From Candidatus Marinacidobacterales bacterium (lineage in GTDB: Bacteria; Acidobacteriota; Vicinamibacteria; Marinacidobacterales; SMYC01): a stretch of DNA of 64,000 nucleotides. The stretch covers positions 4,288,001-4,352,000 of the forward strand of contig OZ250169.1 of the NCBI GenBank assembly GCA_965237955.1, read 5' to 3'. The notes under the pieces are model-generated. The model was not told the origin of the DNA. It saw only the letters and a program-made list of their open reading frames with translations, and ran no database searches. The stretch's first letter is position 1, and each line of letters starts with the position of its first letter. This document shows, in pieces, positions 9,003-18,656 of this stretch. The position numbers were made by a program, and so were the translations under genes.

Positions 9003-9608
9003 TTAATCGGTGACGGAAGACAGCGCGGGGTAGTGTTCTTCCCTACAATCCTCGCACAGCGAATGGCTGAACATCGCGCTCGAGTTGTTCTCGATGTAAG
9101 TCTCGAGCCGGTGCCACGCGTCTTTGTCGTCACGGATCTTCTTGCAGTACATGCAGATGGGTAGGAGGCCCTGCAGTTGCTTTACGTGGGTGAGCGCGTT
9201 TTCGAGCTCCTCGATCTTGCCCGCGAGCTCCGATTGTAGCTCGAGCATCCTCGCACCGTTGGCGACCCGGCACCGCAACTCGTGGGGATCGTACGGCTTG
9301 GTGAGATAGTCGTCGGCGCCTGCCTCGAGGCCGGCGACGATGTCTTCGGGCCGGGTCTTCGTCGTCACGAGCATGACGTAAATGTAGGCGTCGCGTTGTT
9401 GGCTGCGAAGCTCGCGGCAGACGTCGATCCCGTCTCGGCCCGGCATCATCCAGTCGAGGATCACGAGCCTTGGAGGATCGGGTTTTTGCAGGATCTCCCA
9501 AGCTTCGCGGCCGTCCTCGACCGATACGACGCCGTAACCCGAACGTACCAGAGACACTTCGAGGAGCCTCCGGGACGTGGTGTCGTCTTCGGCAATCAGA
9601 ATCTCCAT
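9003..9608 (-). CDS. Response regulator (REC + C-terminal CxxC...HxxCxxC domain)
   Basis: ILIAEDD, LDWMMP, GADDYLTKP, and LLPICMYCKKIR...FSHSLCEDC. Start set at ATG 9608. Confidence 0.88.
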   Translation of the reverse strand: MEILIAEDDTTSRRLLEVSLVRSGYGVVSVEDGREAWEILQKPDPPRLVILDWMMPGRDGIDVCRELRSQQRDAYIYVMLVTTKTRPEDIVAGLEAGADDYLTKPYDPHELRCRVANGARMLELQSELAGKIEELENALTHVKQLQGLLPICMYCKKIRDDKDAWHRLETYIENNSSAMFSHSLCEDCREEHYPALSSVTD

Positions 9609-9717
9609 GAGCGTGAAATCTTCTTTGATCCCAATCGGCAGGAACGTCGAGATCTTTAGCGACACTTCCGGTCGGCACTCGACCTCGTGCTATACTTTTC
9701 GATTCAAGGAGATACGG

Positions 9718-11100
9718 GTGTCGACCGCTTCGTTTCACTCGCTCGGATGCCGGCTCAATCAGACCGAGGCCGCCGTCCTGGCAGGAGCCTTCAAGGCGAA
9801 GGGCTATCAGATCGTAGACTGGGGTACGCCCGCCGACCTCGTCGTCATCAATACTTGCTCGGTCACCGAGCGGGGCGAGGCCGCCTGCCGCAGCGCGATC
9901 CGCCAAGCGCTCCGGCGCCAGCCCGAAGCCTTCGTCGTCGTCACCGGCTGCTACGCCCAGGTCGGCCTCGAGGCGCTGCGTTCGATTCGCGGCATCGACA
10001 TGATCGTGGGCACGGAGTACAAGGACAAGTTTCCGGCGTTCATCGGAGAGCCCCGAAAGCTCGACGATCCGGTCGTGCTCCATTCCGCCCTGATCGATGA
10101 TGCGGATTTCGAGGTTGCCGGCACGGGGCACTACCGCACGACGCGGGCGAACTTGAAGGTCCAGGATGGCTGCGATTTTTTCTGCTCGTTCTGCATCATC
10201 CCGTTCACCCGAGGGCGTGAGCGCAGCCGCAAGCTCTCGGACCTGCTGCGCGAGGCGAGGGAGCTGGCCGGGCAGGGCTACAAAGAGATCGTGTTGACCG
10301 GGGTCAACATTGGCCGCTATCGACAAGACGGCACGACGTTCGGCGGGATGATCCGACGGCTCGAGGAGATCGACGCGCTCGAGCGTATCCGGATAACGTC
10401 CATCGAGCCGACGACGATCGAGCCCTCGTTGGTCGAGCACATGGCGCGCTCGGAAAAGCTCTGCAACTACTTCCATATTCCGATCCAGAGCGCGAGCGAC
10501 ACCGTCCTCGACAAGATGAACCGCCGTTACACGCTGGCCGAGTATCGAGACTTCGTCGAACGCATCGTCGACACCGTTCCCGAAGTCGGTCTCGGGACCG
10601 ATGTCATCGTCGGTTTCCCGGGAGAGACCGACGCGACCTTCGAGGAGACGTATCGCTTCCTCGAGGCGCTACCGTTCGCGTACTTTCATGTGTTCAGCTA
10701 CTCCAAGCGTTACGGCACCAAGGCCGCTCGTCTCGACGGGCACGTGAGCCCTCACGTCATCAAGGAGCGAAGCCAGGCGTTGCGTGCGCTGTCGACCCAA
10801 AAACGTCGCGAGCTCGCGAGTCGCTACTTGGGAAGAAGTGTCGACGTGCTCTTCGAGCAACAAAACGAGAGTGGGTTGTGGACCGGTCTGACGAGCAACT
10901 ACCTCCGCGTGGGTGTGGTATCGCCCGAGCCGCTACGGAACGAGATCGAAAGCGTGACGATTCACGAGGTGCCTGACGAGATGACCGAGTTGGCGCTCGG
11001 TTCGCTCAACGCGATCGGGGGGCGAACAACCGCTCCGTCACCGACTCAGGCTTGGGAAACGGTAGAGAGTCGGCGTAGCGCACCGCCTCGTCTACAATGA
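9718..11100 (+). CDS. mtaB: tRNA (N6-L-threonylcarbamoyladenosine(37)-C2)-methylthiotransferase
   Basis: LGCRLNQTE, INTCSVT, VTGCYAQ and radical-SAM CDFFCSFC. GTG 9718 follows an AAGGAG SD and a TGCTATACT extended -10. Confidence 0.88.
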   Translation: MSTASFHSLGCRLNQTEAAVLAGAFKAKGYQIVDWGTPADLVVINTCSVTERGEAACRSAIRQALRRQPEAFVVVTGCYAQVGLEALRSIRGIDMIVGTEYKDKFPAFIGEPRKLDDPVVLHSALIDDADFEVAGTGHYRTTRANLKVQDGCDFFCSFCIIPFTRGRERSRKLSDLLREARELAGQGYKEIVLTGVNIGRYRQDGTTFGGMIRRLEEIDALERIRITSIEPTTIEPSLVEHMARSEKLCNYFHIPIQSASDTVLDKMNRRYTLAEYRDFVERIVDTVPEVGLGTDVIVGFPGETDATFEETYRFLEALPFAYFHVFSYSKRYGTKAARLDGHVSPHVIKERSQALRALSTQKRRELASRYLGRSVDVLFEQQNESGLWTGLTSNYLRVGVVSPEPLRNEIESVTIHEVPDEMTELALGSLNAIGGRTTAPSPTQAWETVESRRSAPPRLQ

Positions 11101-12052
11101 CGGTGCACTCGAGATCGATTTTCTCGAGCACGTCCTGACCGAAGCCGCCCTTTCCCACTAGATAGTCCATATACAATTTGATCGGGTCGCGGGCTTCCCA
11201 GTACGTGCGCGTCTCGCCGGAGACGTAGGATGCGTCGTCATGCTCCCCGTGGCCCCGGAGGCGAAACGTCATGAGCTCGAGTAACGCGGGTCCTTGGCCG
11301 CTACGCGCATGGTCGATGGCCTTTTTCGCGTGCCGCATCACGCCGAACACGTCGTTTCCGAACGCGACGTCGCTGTACATGTTGAACGCCGGAGCGCGGT
11401 CCGACACTTTGGCGACGGGCATTTGTTTGTGGATCGGTGTGGAGTACGCGAACTGGTTGTTCTCGACGATGACGACCAGGGGAAGCTTGTGAATGGACGC
11501 GAAGTTCAACCCTTCGTAGAAATCACCGGGGCTGGTAGCGCCGTCGCCGGTAAACGCGACGTAAACGTTCGGCTGGCGCTTCATCTTGAACGCGAGAGCG
11601 AACCCGGCGCCGGAAGGAATCCAAGACGCCATCGAGCCGTTGTGGTACGGCGCGATACCGTGGCCTGCGAGGTCGGCGAGGAACAAACCGAGCTCGCGCC
11701 CATGCGACGGTGGGATGTCCTTGCCGAACCAGCGCGCGACGACATGCTTCGGCTCGATGCCCCGGTAGAACCACGCGGCGAGGCTCCGGGACACGGTGCT
11801 GAAGATGTCGTCCTTGTGCATCAACGCGGCGACGCCGGTGGCAATGGCCTCTTGGCCCGTACCGAGGTAGACGGCTCCGATGATCTTGCCCTGGCGGTAG
11901 AGAGACGCGAGCCGCGTTTCGAACGTGCGCGCGAGCCGCATCGCGCGGTACATGCGCACCAGCTCGTCTTCGCTGAGTTTCTGTTCGCCGGGATCGATCT
12001 CTAGAGCATCGAGCTCTGGGGGGAGAGGCTCGAGCTCGTAGGCCTTCGTCAT
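11006..12052 (-). CDS. TPP-dependent 2-oxoacid dehydrogenase E1 alpha subunit
   Basis: GQEA, GDGATSPGDFYEGLNFA...ENNQFAYST and RLRGHGEHD motifs. Confidence 0.9.
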   Translation of the reverse strand: MTKAYELEPLPPELDALEIDPGEQKLSEDELVRMYRAMRLARTFETRLASLYRQGKIIGAVYLGTGQEAIATGVAALMHKDDIFSTVSRSLAAWFYRGIEPKHVVARWFGKDIPPSHGRELGLFLADLAGHGIAPYHNGSMASWIPSGAGFALAFKMKRQPNVYVAFTGDGATSPGDFYEGLNFASIHKLPLVVIVENNQFAYSTPIHKQMPVAKVSDRAPAFNMYSDVAFGNDVFGVMRHAKKAIDHARSGQGPALLELMTFRLRGHGEHDDASYVSGETRTYWEARDPIKLYMDYLVGKGGFGQDVLEKIDLECTVIVDEAVRYADSLPFPKPESVTERLFAPRSR

Positions 12053-12162
12053 TTCCAGTCTCCAGTCGCTGTTATTTGATCAGATCCAGCTTCCAGCTTC
12101 TAGTCCCCGGTCCCCAGCAGCTTTTTTCCACTCGCCACCGCACGTCGCTGGAAAAGCAAGAA

Positions 12163-12300
12163 CTCACCGCAGAGCACGCAGGGCACGCAGAGACTCGCAG
12201 AGAAAAACGAAGAGGAAAACGCAAAGACGCTGAGATGCAAGGTCGCATAAGAAAGGATCAGCGCCGAAGGCGCTTCACTTTGCGCCTTCGCGCCTTTTCG
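12163..12300. repeat. REP-like element copy C (inverted) preceded by CACGCAGAG-type 9-mer repeats
   Basis: The core GCCGAAGGCGCTTCACTTTGCGCCTTCGCG is the reverse complement of the copy A core. CACCGCAGAG/CACGCAGAG units also precede copy B. Confidence 0.75.
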
Positions 12301-12889
12301 CTAAGAAAGATGTCGACCTCGGTGATCGGCTGGATTATTGCCGTCTAACGAGGTCCAACGCGTTTCTCTGAAATTGTTTGTTTTTTCCGAAGAAATCATG
12401 CTGGTGCGGCGCGAACTTGTTCCAAGGCCAAGAGATTGGGTTGTAGGGATCGTGGCGCGGCGCAATCGCAACCGAATGTGCCGGCTGCGACCGCCGGGCG
12501 GAACCGAGAGTGTTGAGGCGTTGTCGGAGCATGGATGTATTCTCGACTCTGCGTCCGTGCGCTATGACCTTGTCAATGGGTAGATACTACCGTCAGGCGT
12601 GCGCGACAAGCGAAGACTGCGGCGGGGTGGTCCACGCGACTGCGTCCGGACGGACTCGCACCGCGGAAACAAACTGCAACGAAACACAACGCAACACCGC
12701 ACGATCGAACCTGGTGCCCTGAGCCCCCGCCGGAGGCCCCGAGCGTAGCGAGGGCAACCTTGACTCGGGCGAGCACCGTGGGCCACTGACCAGGCGATGG
12801 CACGAGGGAGTGCTCTACCATCCGCGTCGTGAGTTGGTTGCGGCTTCGCTGCGCTGTGCGCCGTGCGTGCTCTGCCCGCAGCCCATACG

Positions 12890-13165
12890 GTGCGTGTCTT
12901 GCCGGTGAAAGTCCGGCCACAGGAGTTGGTCATGAGCCTGTGTAGTCATATTCGACGCTTCATAGAGGCGACTCTAGGAGGTGAAAGCTCGAAAGTACAA
13001 GTCCTTCTCGGTGTAGGGCAAGTAATCCACCGGGCCGCGGCATGAAGCGAACTTTGCAGCCTCGTTACGCAGACCCGCGTGAGAACCGACGTGCGTGGGA
13101 AGTGGGACACAGAGGGGACTATGGGCGAACTAGGAACCCGCTTGCTAAACGAAAGTGGCAATGTC
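12890..13165 (+). mobile_element. Truncated group II intron (5' end / domain I only)
   Basis: Starts GTGCG, then GCCGG-TGAAAGT-CCGGC, CACAGG..CCTGTG, TAGAG-GCGA-CTCTA..GTGAAAGC, GCAGCCTCGTTA and GAACTAGGAACCC, which are typical domain I blocks. No RT ORF and no domain V found. Confidence 0.6.
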
Positions 13166-13359
13166 GGTCACTCTCTCCCTACGGTTACACGCGCCTGCGC
13201 TCTAATCGGCGGTGAGAAAAACTACCCGAGGCTCTGCCGCACCACTTCTTCCGAGAGCGTCAAGACGCACCGCTCATCCTCCAGCTTCTCGTCCACGTTG
13301 CGCTAAACGGAGCTTCGAGCAGAACGATTGGGACTGGGGACTCCTGACTGGCGACTGAT

Positions 13360-15094
13360 CTACTCCAGCCGGTAACGAAACCGGACCCGCCTCACCCCCG
13401 GCGCCACACGGAAGACGATCTCATGCGTTAGGCGCGACACCACTTGCCCGGTGTCCACGAGAAAGCTGCCGGCCAAGAACCCGGGGGCGCCGCGGAAGTC
13501 GAATCGCCAGACACCTTCCCCTCTCGGGTTTCTGGTCACGAAGCCTTCGACGATGTTCTCACCGCTACGCCCGGGCACCTCGTGTGTAGACCGGCCGCTG
13601 TTGTCGGTCACTGCGCTCGAGAACTCGTTGAAGGTGACTTGGGCCTGAGTGCTGCCGTCGCCAGGCGGAAGGTCGAGATGGCTCGTAAGGCGCGTGATGA
13701 TGCGGCGAGGTGAGCCAGGAGGCGCCATGAGCGGCACGGAAGTACGTTGACGATTCGAGGCGGATTCGCTCGGGCTGGTGACGGTCAGGTTAGCCGTATT
13801 CGTGTAGTTGCCCGACACCGGCGTCACCCGAATCGTGATGGAGCCGGTCGCGCCCGGGGCCAGCGAAGCGATCGTGCAGGTTACGACGGCGCCACCACCG
13901 CAGGCATCGACCGTGGCGGAGAACGTCACCGGTCCGAGGGTCAGCCCTGCTGGTATCGGGTCCGTTATCGTGATGCCGGTTGCCGGGGAGGCACCGGTGT
14001 TGGTGATGCTGATGTTGTAAGCGAACTCGACGCCTGCCGTCGCGGTCCCAGGACCCGACTTCACGATGCGAACGATCCGGCCGCTTCCTCCGCCGGGAGG
14101 CGGTGCGATAGCTTCGTCGACGATCACGTCCATCTCGAACGTGTCGGTGGCGCCGGCGCGCGTGGTCACCGTCAGCACGGCGCCAAAGACACCGGGTGCG
14201 TTATACACACGGTTCACGACGCGGCCTTCGCGTCCGCCTCGTCCGTCGTTGAAAACCCAGGCATAGGATTGGATTTCTTCGCGCGGCGGTTCGGTGCACG
14301 AGGCGTCAAAGCGAATCGAGCCCCCGACTCCGATCCGCGGCGGTGATGGAGACGTCTCGAAGCACGCCATTACCGCGGAGCTCGGTATCGACGTCGTTGG
14401 GGGGACACTGGTCGTGGCGGTCGTCGTCGTGACGCCACCCGGGATAGTGGTCGTGGAATTCCCCCCTCCTGCAGCGAGGACGCCACCGCCGACAGCGGCG
14501 CCGGCTGCGGCCACGCCGCCAATCAGCAGGCCACTGCCTCCCGTCGTACGACCGATCGCGGGGATCGTGGCCGCAATTCCTTCGGACAGAAACCCCGATG
14601 GCATGGCCGACCCTCCGCCGGTGGAGCCCACGGTGATGGCTCCGGTGCCATCGAGGTAGGCAGCGGGCGTCGGATTTTGCTCGCGACAGCTCGTTTCGTT
14701 CGATACGACCTCGGGAGTGTACTCCGCGGTGCGCACGGAGTTGAATGATGAATCCATGGCCTCGAGGTAGTAGTGCAAGCCGGTGATCTCGGGGCTTGGC
14801 TTGGGCAAGACGCCTTGGTAGACGTCACCCGCGGGGACCATCTCGACGTAAAAGAACTGCGGGTACAGATTCGCCCGGAAGTACGCCTTCACCGTCGTCA
14901 ACCCGTCAGTCGGCTCGACGAGGGCCTCGAGGATGAGGTGTTCGCCGGAGAGAACACATCGCAGGCCCGTCATGCAGAATCCGGGGGCCGGTCTGCGCCT
15001 CGATGGAAGGTGCACGAAGTGACAAGATGACGAATAGCGTTAGGACGGTATGAAAGTAACCTCGAGAGCGGGGCGGGCTGGGTCGGGGTCCCAT
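13360..15094 (-). CDS. Secreted/membrane PKD + DUF11 domain protein, with one frameshift near 14967
   Basis: AGGAGG SD precedes ATG 15094. Signal-like N-terminus ...LFVILSLRAPSIEAQTGPRILHDG joins LRCVLSGEHL... in the 13360..15015 frame after one extra base. PKD (FDASC..YAWVFNDG) and DUF11 (YNISITNTG..ATGITITDPIPAGL) motifs. Confidence 0.75.
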
Positions 15095-15272
15095 GATGAA
15101 TCCTCCTGAGCCGGCAACGTGTCCGTCGGTGCGGCGGGCGCGCTAACTATAGAAGCCACCTGAGGGGGCAGGCAAGCAAATCTTGCTTACCGAGCCATTT
15201 CGGCTCGTGAGCTAGATCACATTCGTAAAAAAATCGGGTTTGTCAGGTCTCGTCAAGTGCAGCCACGTCAGG

Positions 15273-18077
15273 TCACGAGCAACCGCTGGTGGTGCCGCAG
15301 TTCAAACACTTGTAGCAGCTACCGTTGCGCACCATGATCGAGCCGCACGTCGAGCACGGGGGTGCGTCGTCGAAAAGACGCGGGGGTTCCGACGTCTTTC
15401 CACCCGCCGTGGGTTCGGAGAAAACAGCGGCTTGGGCGGTTTCTTTAGGTGATTTCGTCGTTTCGCCGAACGGCATGCCGTCGTCGACGACGCCGGCACG
15501 CGCTTGTTGGTCCGGCGAGAGGAACTTCGACGCCAACCAGCGGAACAGGTAGTCGGTGATCGACTTCGCGTAGGGAATCTGATCGTTTCCAGTGAATCCG
15601 GATGGCTCGAAACGGGTGTGGGCAAACTTGTCGACCAGCACTTCGAGGGGAACTCCGTATTGGAGCGCGTATGAGATAGCTCGAGCGAACGCGTCCATCA
15701 AGCCGGAAACGGCCGAGCCTTCTTTGGACATGTTGATGAAGATCTCGCCCGGTGAGCCGTCATCGTACATACCCACGGTGATGTAGCCTTCGTGGCCCGC
15801 GATGCTGAACTTGTGGGTGATGGCTCGGCGCTCGACCGGAAGCTTGTGCTGAATCGGCCGGGCAATTTCACCAGGCTCACCAGGTTGACTGGACGTGCTC
15901 GACTTGGTGCCGCTGTTGGATGTGTTCAGAGGCTGCGTGCGTTTGCTGCCGTCACGATAGATAGCGATGGATTTGAGGCCGAGCTTCCACGCCTCGACGT
16001 ATGTATTCATGATCTCTTCGACGGTCGACTCCTTCGGCAAGTTGACCGTCTTCGAAATCGCCCCCGACAAGAACGGCTGGACGGCCGCCATCATCTTCAC
16101 GTGGCCCATATAGTGGATGGCGCGATTGCCGCCAGGGGCCTGCACGGCGCAATCGAACACCGGGAGGTGCTCGTCGCGCAGGAACGGTGCGCGCTCGATG
16201 AAGCCGTTCTCGTGTACGTAGTCGACCATGGCGTCGACTTCCTCGCTTCGATAACCGAGGCGAGCGAGTGCCGTTGGAACCGTCTGGTTGACGATCTTCA
16301 TGAGACCGCCGCCTACGAGCTTCTTGTATTTGACGAGGGCCAGGTCCGGCTCGACACCGGTCGTATCGCAGTCCATCATGAGACCGATCGTTCCGGTGGG
16401 CGCCAACACGGAAGATTGTCCGTTCCGATAGCCATGCCTTCGCCCGAGCTCGACCGTCTCATTCCAGACATCTCTGGCCGCGCGGTATAAATCCGGCTGG
16501 ACGCGTGCAGGGTCGATGCCATCGGCGGCGTCGCGGTGCATGTCCATCACCGCGGTCATCGGCTCTCGGTTCTCGCTGTACCCGGCGAACGGTCCCAGGG
16601 TCGAGGCGATGCGCGCGGACTGTCCGTAGGCTTGTCCGGTCATCACCGCGGTGATTGCTGCTGCGGTCTCCCGACCTCGATCGCTGTCATACGGGATGCC
16701 CTGGTACATCAACAGGGCGCCCAGATTTGCATATCCGATCCCGAGAGGACGAAACCTTTCCGAGTTCTCGCCGATCTTCGGTGTCGGGTAGCTGGCGTTG
16801 CTTATGATGATCTCCATCGCGGTGATGACGACGTCGACTGCTTTCTCGAACGCGGTGACGTCGAACTGGCCGTCCGGGGTTACGAACTTCATCAAGTTGA
16901 ACGACGCCAAGTTGCACGCGCTGTCGTCTAGATACATGTACTCGGAGCACGGATTCGACGCGTTGATGCGGCTCGTGTTCTTGGACGTGTGCCACCGGTT
17001 GATGGTGGTGTCGTATTGCATGCCGGGATCGCCGCACGCGTGGGTAGACTCGGCAATCTTCTTGAGCACGGCTCGCGCGGGATAGGTTCCGAGCGGCTCT
17101 CCGGTGTGGACCGCCGGAGTAACCCAATCTTTGTCCTCGCTGACGGCGTTCATGAACTCGTCAGTGACGCGCACGCTGTGGTTTGCGTTCTGGTAGAAGA
17201 TCGAAGCGTAGGCTTCACCGTTGAACGAGCCGTCGTAGCCGGCATCGATGAGCGTCCACGCCTTCCGCTCCTCACGGAGCTTGCACTCGATGAAGTCCAT
17301 GATGTCGGGATGGTCGACGTTCAAAATGACCATCTTAGCCGCGCGTCTCGTCTTGCCCCCACTTCGGATCACGCCCGCGAACGCGTCGTAGCCTTTCATG
17401 AAGGAGACCGGCCCGCTCGCGATACCGCCCCCCGAAAGCCGTTCTCTAGAGCTCCGGATCGTGGAGAGGTTGGAGCCGGTGCCCGAGCCCCACTTGAATA
17501 ACATGCCTTCCGTTTTCGCCAGGTTCAGGATCGAATCCATGGTGTCGTCGACGGAGTTGATGAAGCACGCCGAACACTGCGGCTTGGCCTCGATGCCGCA
17601 GTTGAACCACACCGGGGAGTTGAACGACGCGTGCTGGTTCAGAAGCAGGAACGTGAGATCGTCCCGAAACGTCTCGGCGTCTTCGTTCGTCTGGAAGTAA
17701 CTGCCTTCTTGTCCCCACCGCGTCATCGTGTCGACGACGCGCCCAATCAACTGGCGTACGCTGTTCTCGCGATCTCCGGTGCCGAGAGTTCCGTGGAAGT
17801 ACTTCGAAGCCACGATATTCGTCGCCATTTGCGACCAACTCTTGGGTACTTCGACGCTCTTCTGTTCGAAGATCGTGTCACCGTTTTCGTCGGTGATAAC
17901 CGCATCACGCGTGTCCCATTCGATGGCGTCGTAAGGTGAAATGCCTTTTTCGGTGAAGAAGCGATCGAAGTGGAGCGCTTTCGCTCGCTGTGTCTTCCGA
18001 GCACCGGCCGTGTCACCGTTGGAAGTGCCGTTTTCTGTGTCCACAATCAGCGAAATATCCTTCTTCGTCGTCGCCAT
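15273..18077 (-). CDS. nrdJ: Vitamin B12-dependent (class II) ribonucleotide reductase
   Basis: FNSPVWFN, QCSACFI, NASNPCSEY, LAPTGTI, TSCPD-like C-domain and CxxC...CxxC tail. ATG 18077 follows a GGAGGG SD. Confidence 0.95.
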   Translation of the reverse strand: MATTKKDISLIVDTENGTSNGDTAGARKTQRAKALHFDRFFTEKGISPYDAIEWDTRDAVITDENGDTIFEQKSVEVPKSWSQMATNIVASKYFHGTLGTGDRENSVRQLIGRVVDTMTRWGQEGSYFQTNEDAETFRDDLTFLLLNQHASFNSPVWFNCGIEAKPQCSACFINSVDDTMDSILNLAKTEGMLFKWGSGTGSNLSTIRSSRERLSGGGIASGPVSFMKGYDAFAGVIRSGGKTRRAAKMVILNVDHPDIMDFIECKLREERKAWTLIDAGYDGSFNGEAYASIFYQNANHSVRVTDEFMNAVSEDKDWVTPAVHTGEPLGTYPARAVLKKIAESTHACGDPGMQYDTTINRWHTSKNTSRINASNPCSEYMYLDDSACNLASFNLMKFVTPDGQFDVTAFEKAVDVVITAMEIIISNASYPTPKIGENSERFRPLGIGYANLGALLMYQGIPYDSDRGRETAAAITAVMTGQAYGQSARIASTLGPFAGYSENREPMTAVMDMHRDAADGIDPARVQPDLYRAARDVWNETVELGRRHGYRNGQSSVLAPTGTIGLMMDCDTTGVEPDLALVKYKKLVGGGLMKIVNQTVPTALARLGYRSEEVDAMVDYVHENGFIERAPFLRDEHLPVFDCAVQAPGGNRAIHYMGHVKMMAAVQPFLSGAISKTVNLPKESTVEEIMNTYVEAWKLGLKSIAIYRDGSKRTQPLNTSNSGTKSSTSSQPGEPGEIARPIQHKLPVERRAITHKFSIAGHEGYITVGMYDDGSPGEIFINMSKEGSAVSGLMDAFARAISYALQYGVPLEVLVDKFAHTRFEPSGFTGNDQIPYAKSITDYLFRWLASKFLSPDQQARAGVVDDGMPFGETTKSPKETAQAAVFSEPTAGGKTSEPPRLFDDAPPCSTCGSIMVRNGSCYKCLNCGTTSGCS

Positions 18078-18336
18078 TCCAATCCCCTCCGCTCGCGAAA
18101 GAGCCCCGCCGTCCAAGGCGCGAGCTCACGGCTCTACTGCTACGCTACTGTTCAACTCTACGCGGTCTACGTAGTAAACCGAAAATCGTTATCCAAGACC
18201 CTTCTGAGAAACTCCGACCGTCTCCGGAGTGCCTTCATTCGCGCGAAAAAAGGCAATGCGGGAGCGCGCTAGCCGCCAACCCTCGCTGACGGCCCGAACA
18301 AGACTGAGTTCTTGTTGAGCTAGCCTTGGATTTGTT

Positions 18337-18366
18337 TTTATAAACGGAGCCATGATTCGCTGTCAA
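18337..18366 (-). promoter_or_regulatory. Sigma70-type promoter of nrdJ
   Basis: TTGACA-N18-TATAAA on the minus strand. Confidence 0.7.
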
Positions 18367-18373
18367 GAAAAAA

Positions 18374-18421
18374 ATACTAGATTTTGCGCTATGTGTCCAT
18401 TGGACCCACTAAATGTTGGGG
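18374..18421. promoter_or_regulatory. Tandem NrdR boxes
   Basis: ATACTAGATTTTGCGC (18374-18389) and CCACTAAATGTTGGGG (18406-18421) fit acaCwAtATaTwGtgt, start 32 bp apart, and lie just upstream of the nrdJ -35. Confidence 0.8.
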
Positions 18422-18656
18422 GAAGCTTCTGAAAGGGTGGGGTTTACGTCAGACGAAGAATCACGCGAAAAGTTCATATTGGTCTTATCATTAGTCGTCG
18501 TATACGTAATTTTGGGTGTAGTTTTGGGCACTCGGAAAAACAGTTAGCGCGGAACTGTTCAAGTGCTGCTTTAAGTGGATGATAGGTGAACTGGCCGAAA
18601 CGCTCACCGAGAATTCAAGAGATCTTCGTCGAATCGTTGTGTCAGGGAGGGCGCGA

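Noticed and set aside
12335-12532. 65-aa minus-strand ORF with upstream TTGACA
   Set aside because: No recognisable motif, SD or -10, so it cannot be supported as a gene.
12700-12760. TGGTGCCC as the reverse complement of a tRNA 3' end (att remnant)
   Set aside because: Only 8 nt, and no T-arm (GGTTCGA) at the right spacing.
18078-18330. Cobalamin riboswitch upstream of nrdJ
   Set aside because: The conserved GGGAA...GGTG..A.TCC...GCC.C.ACTGT blocks and B12 box were not found. Kept only as an unknown structured leader.
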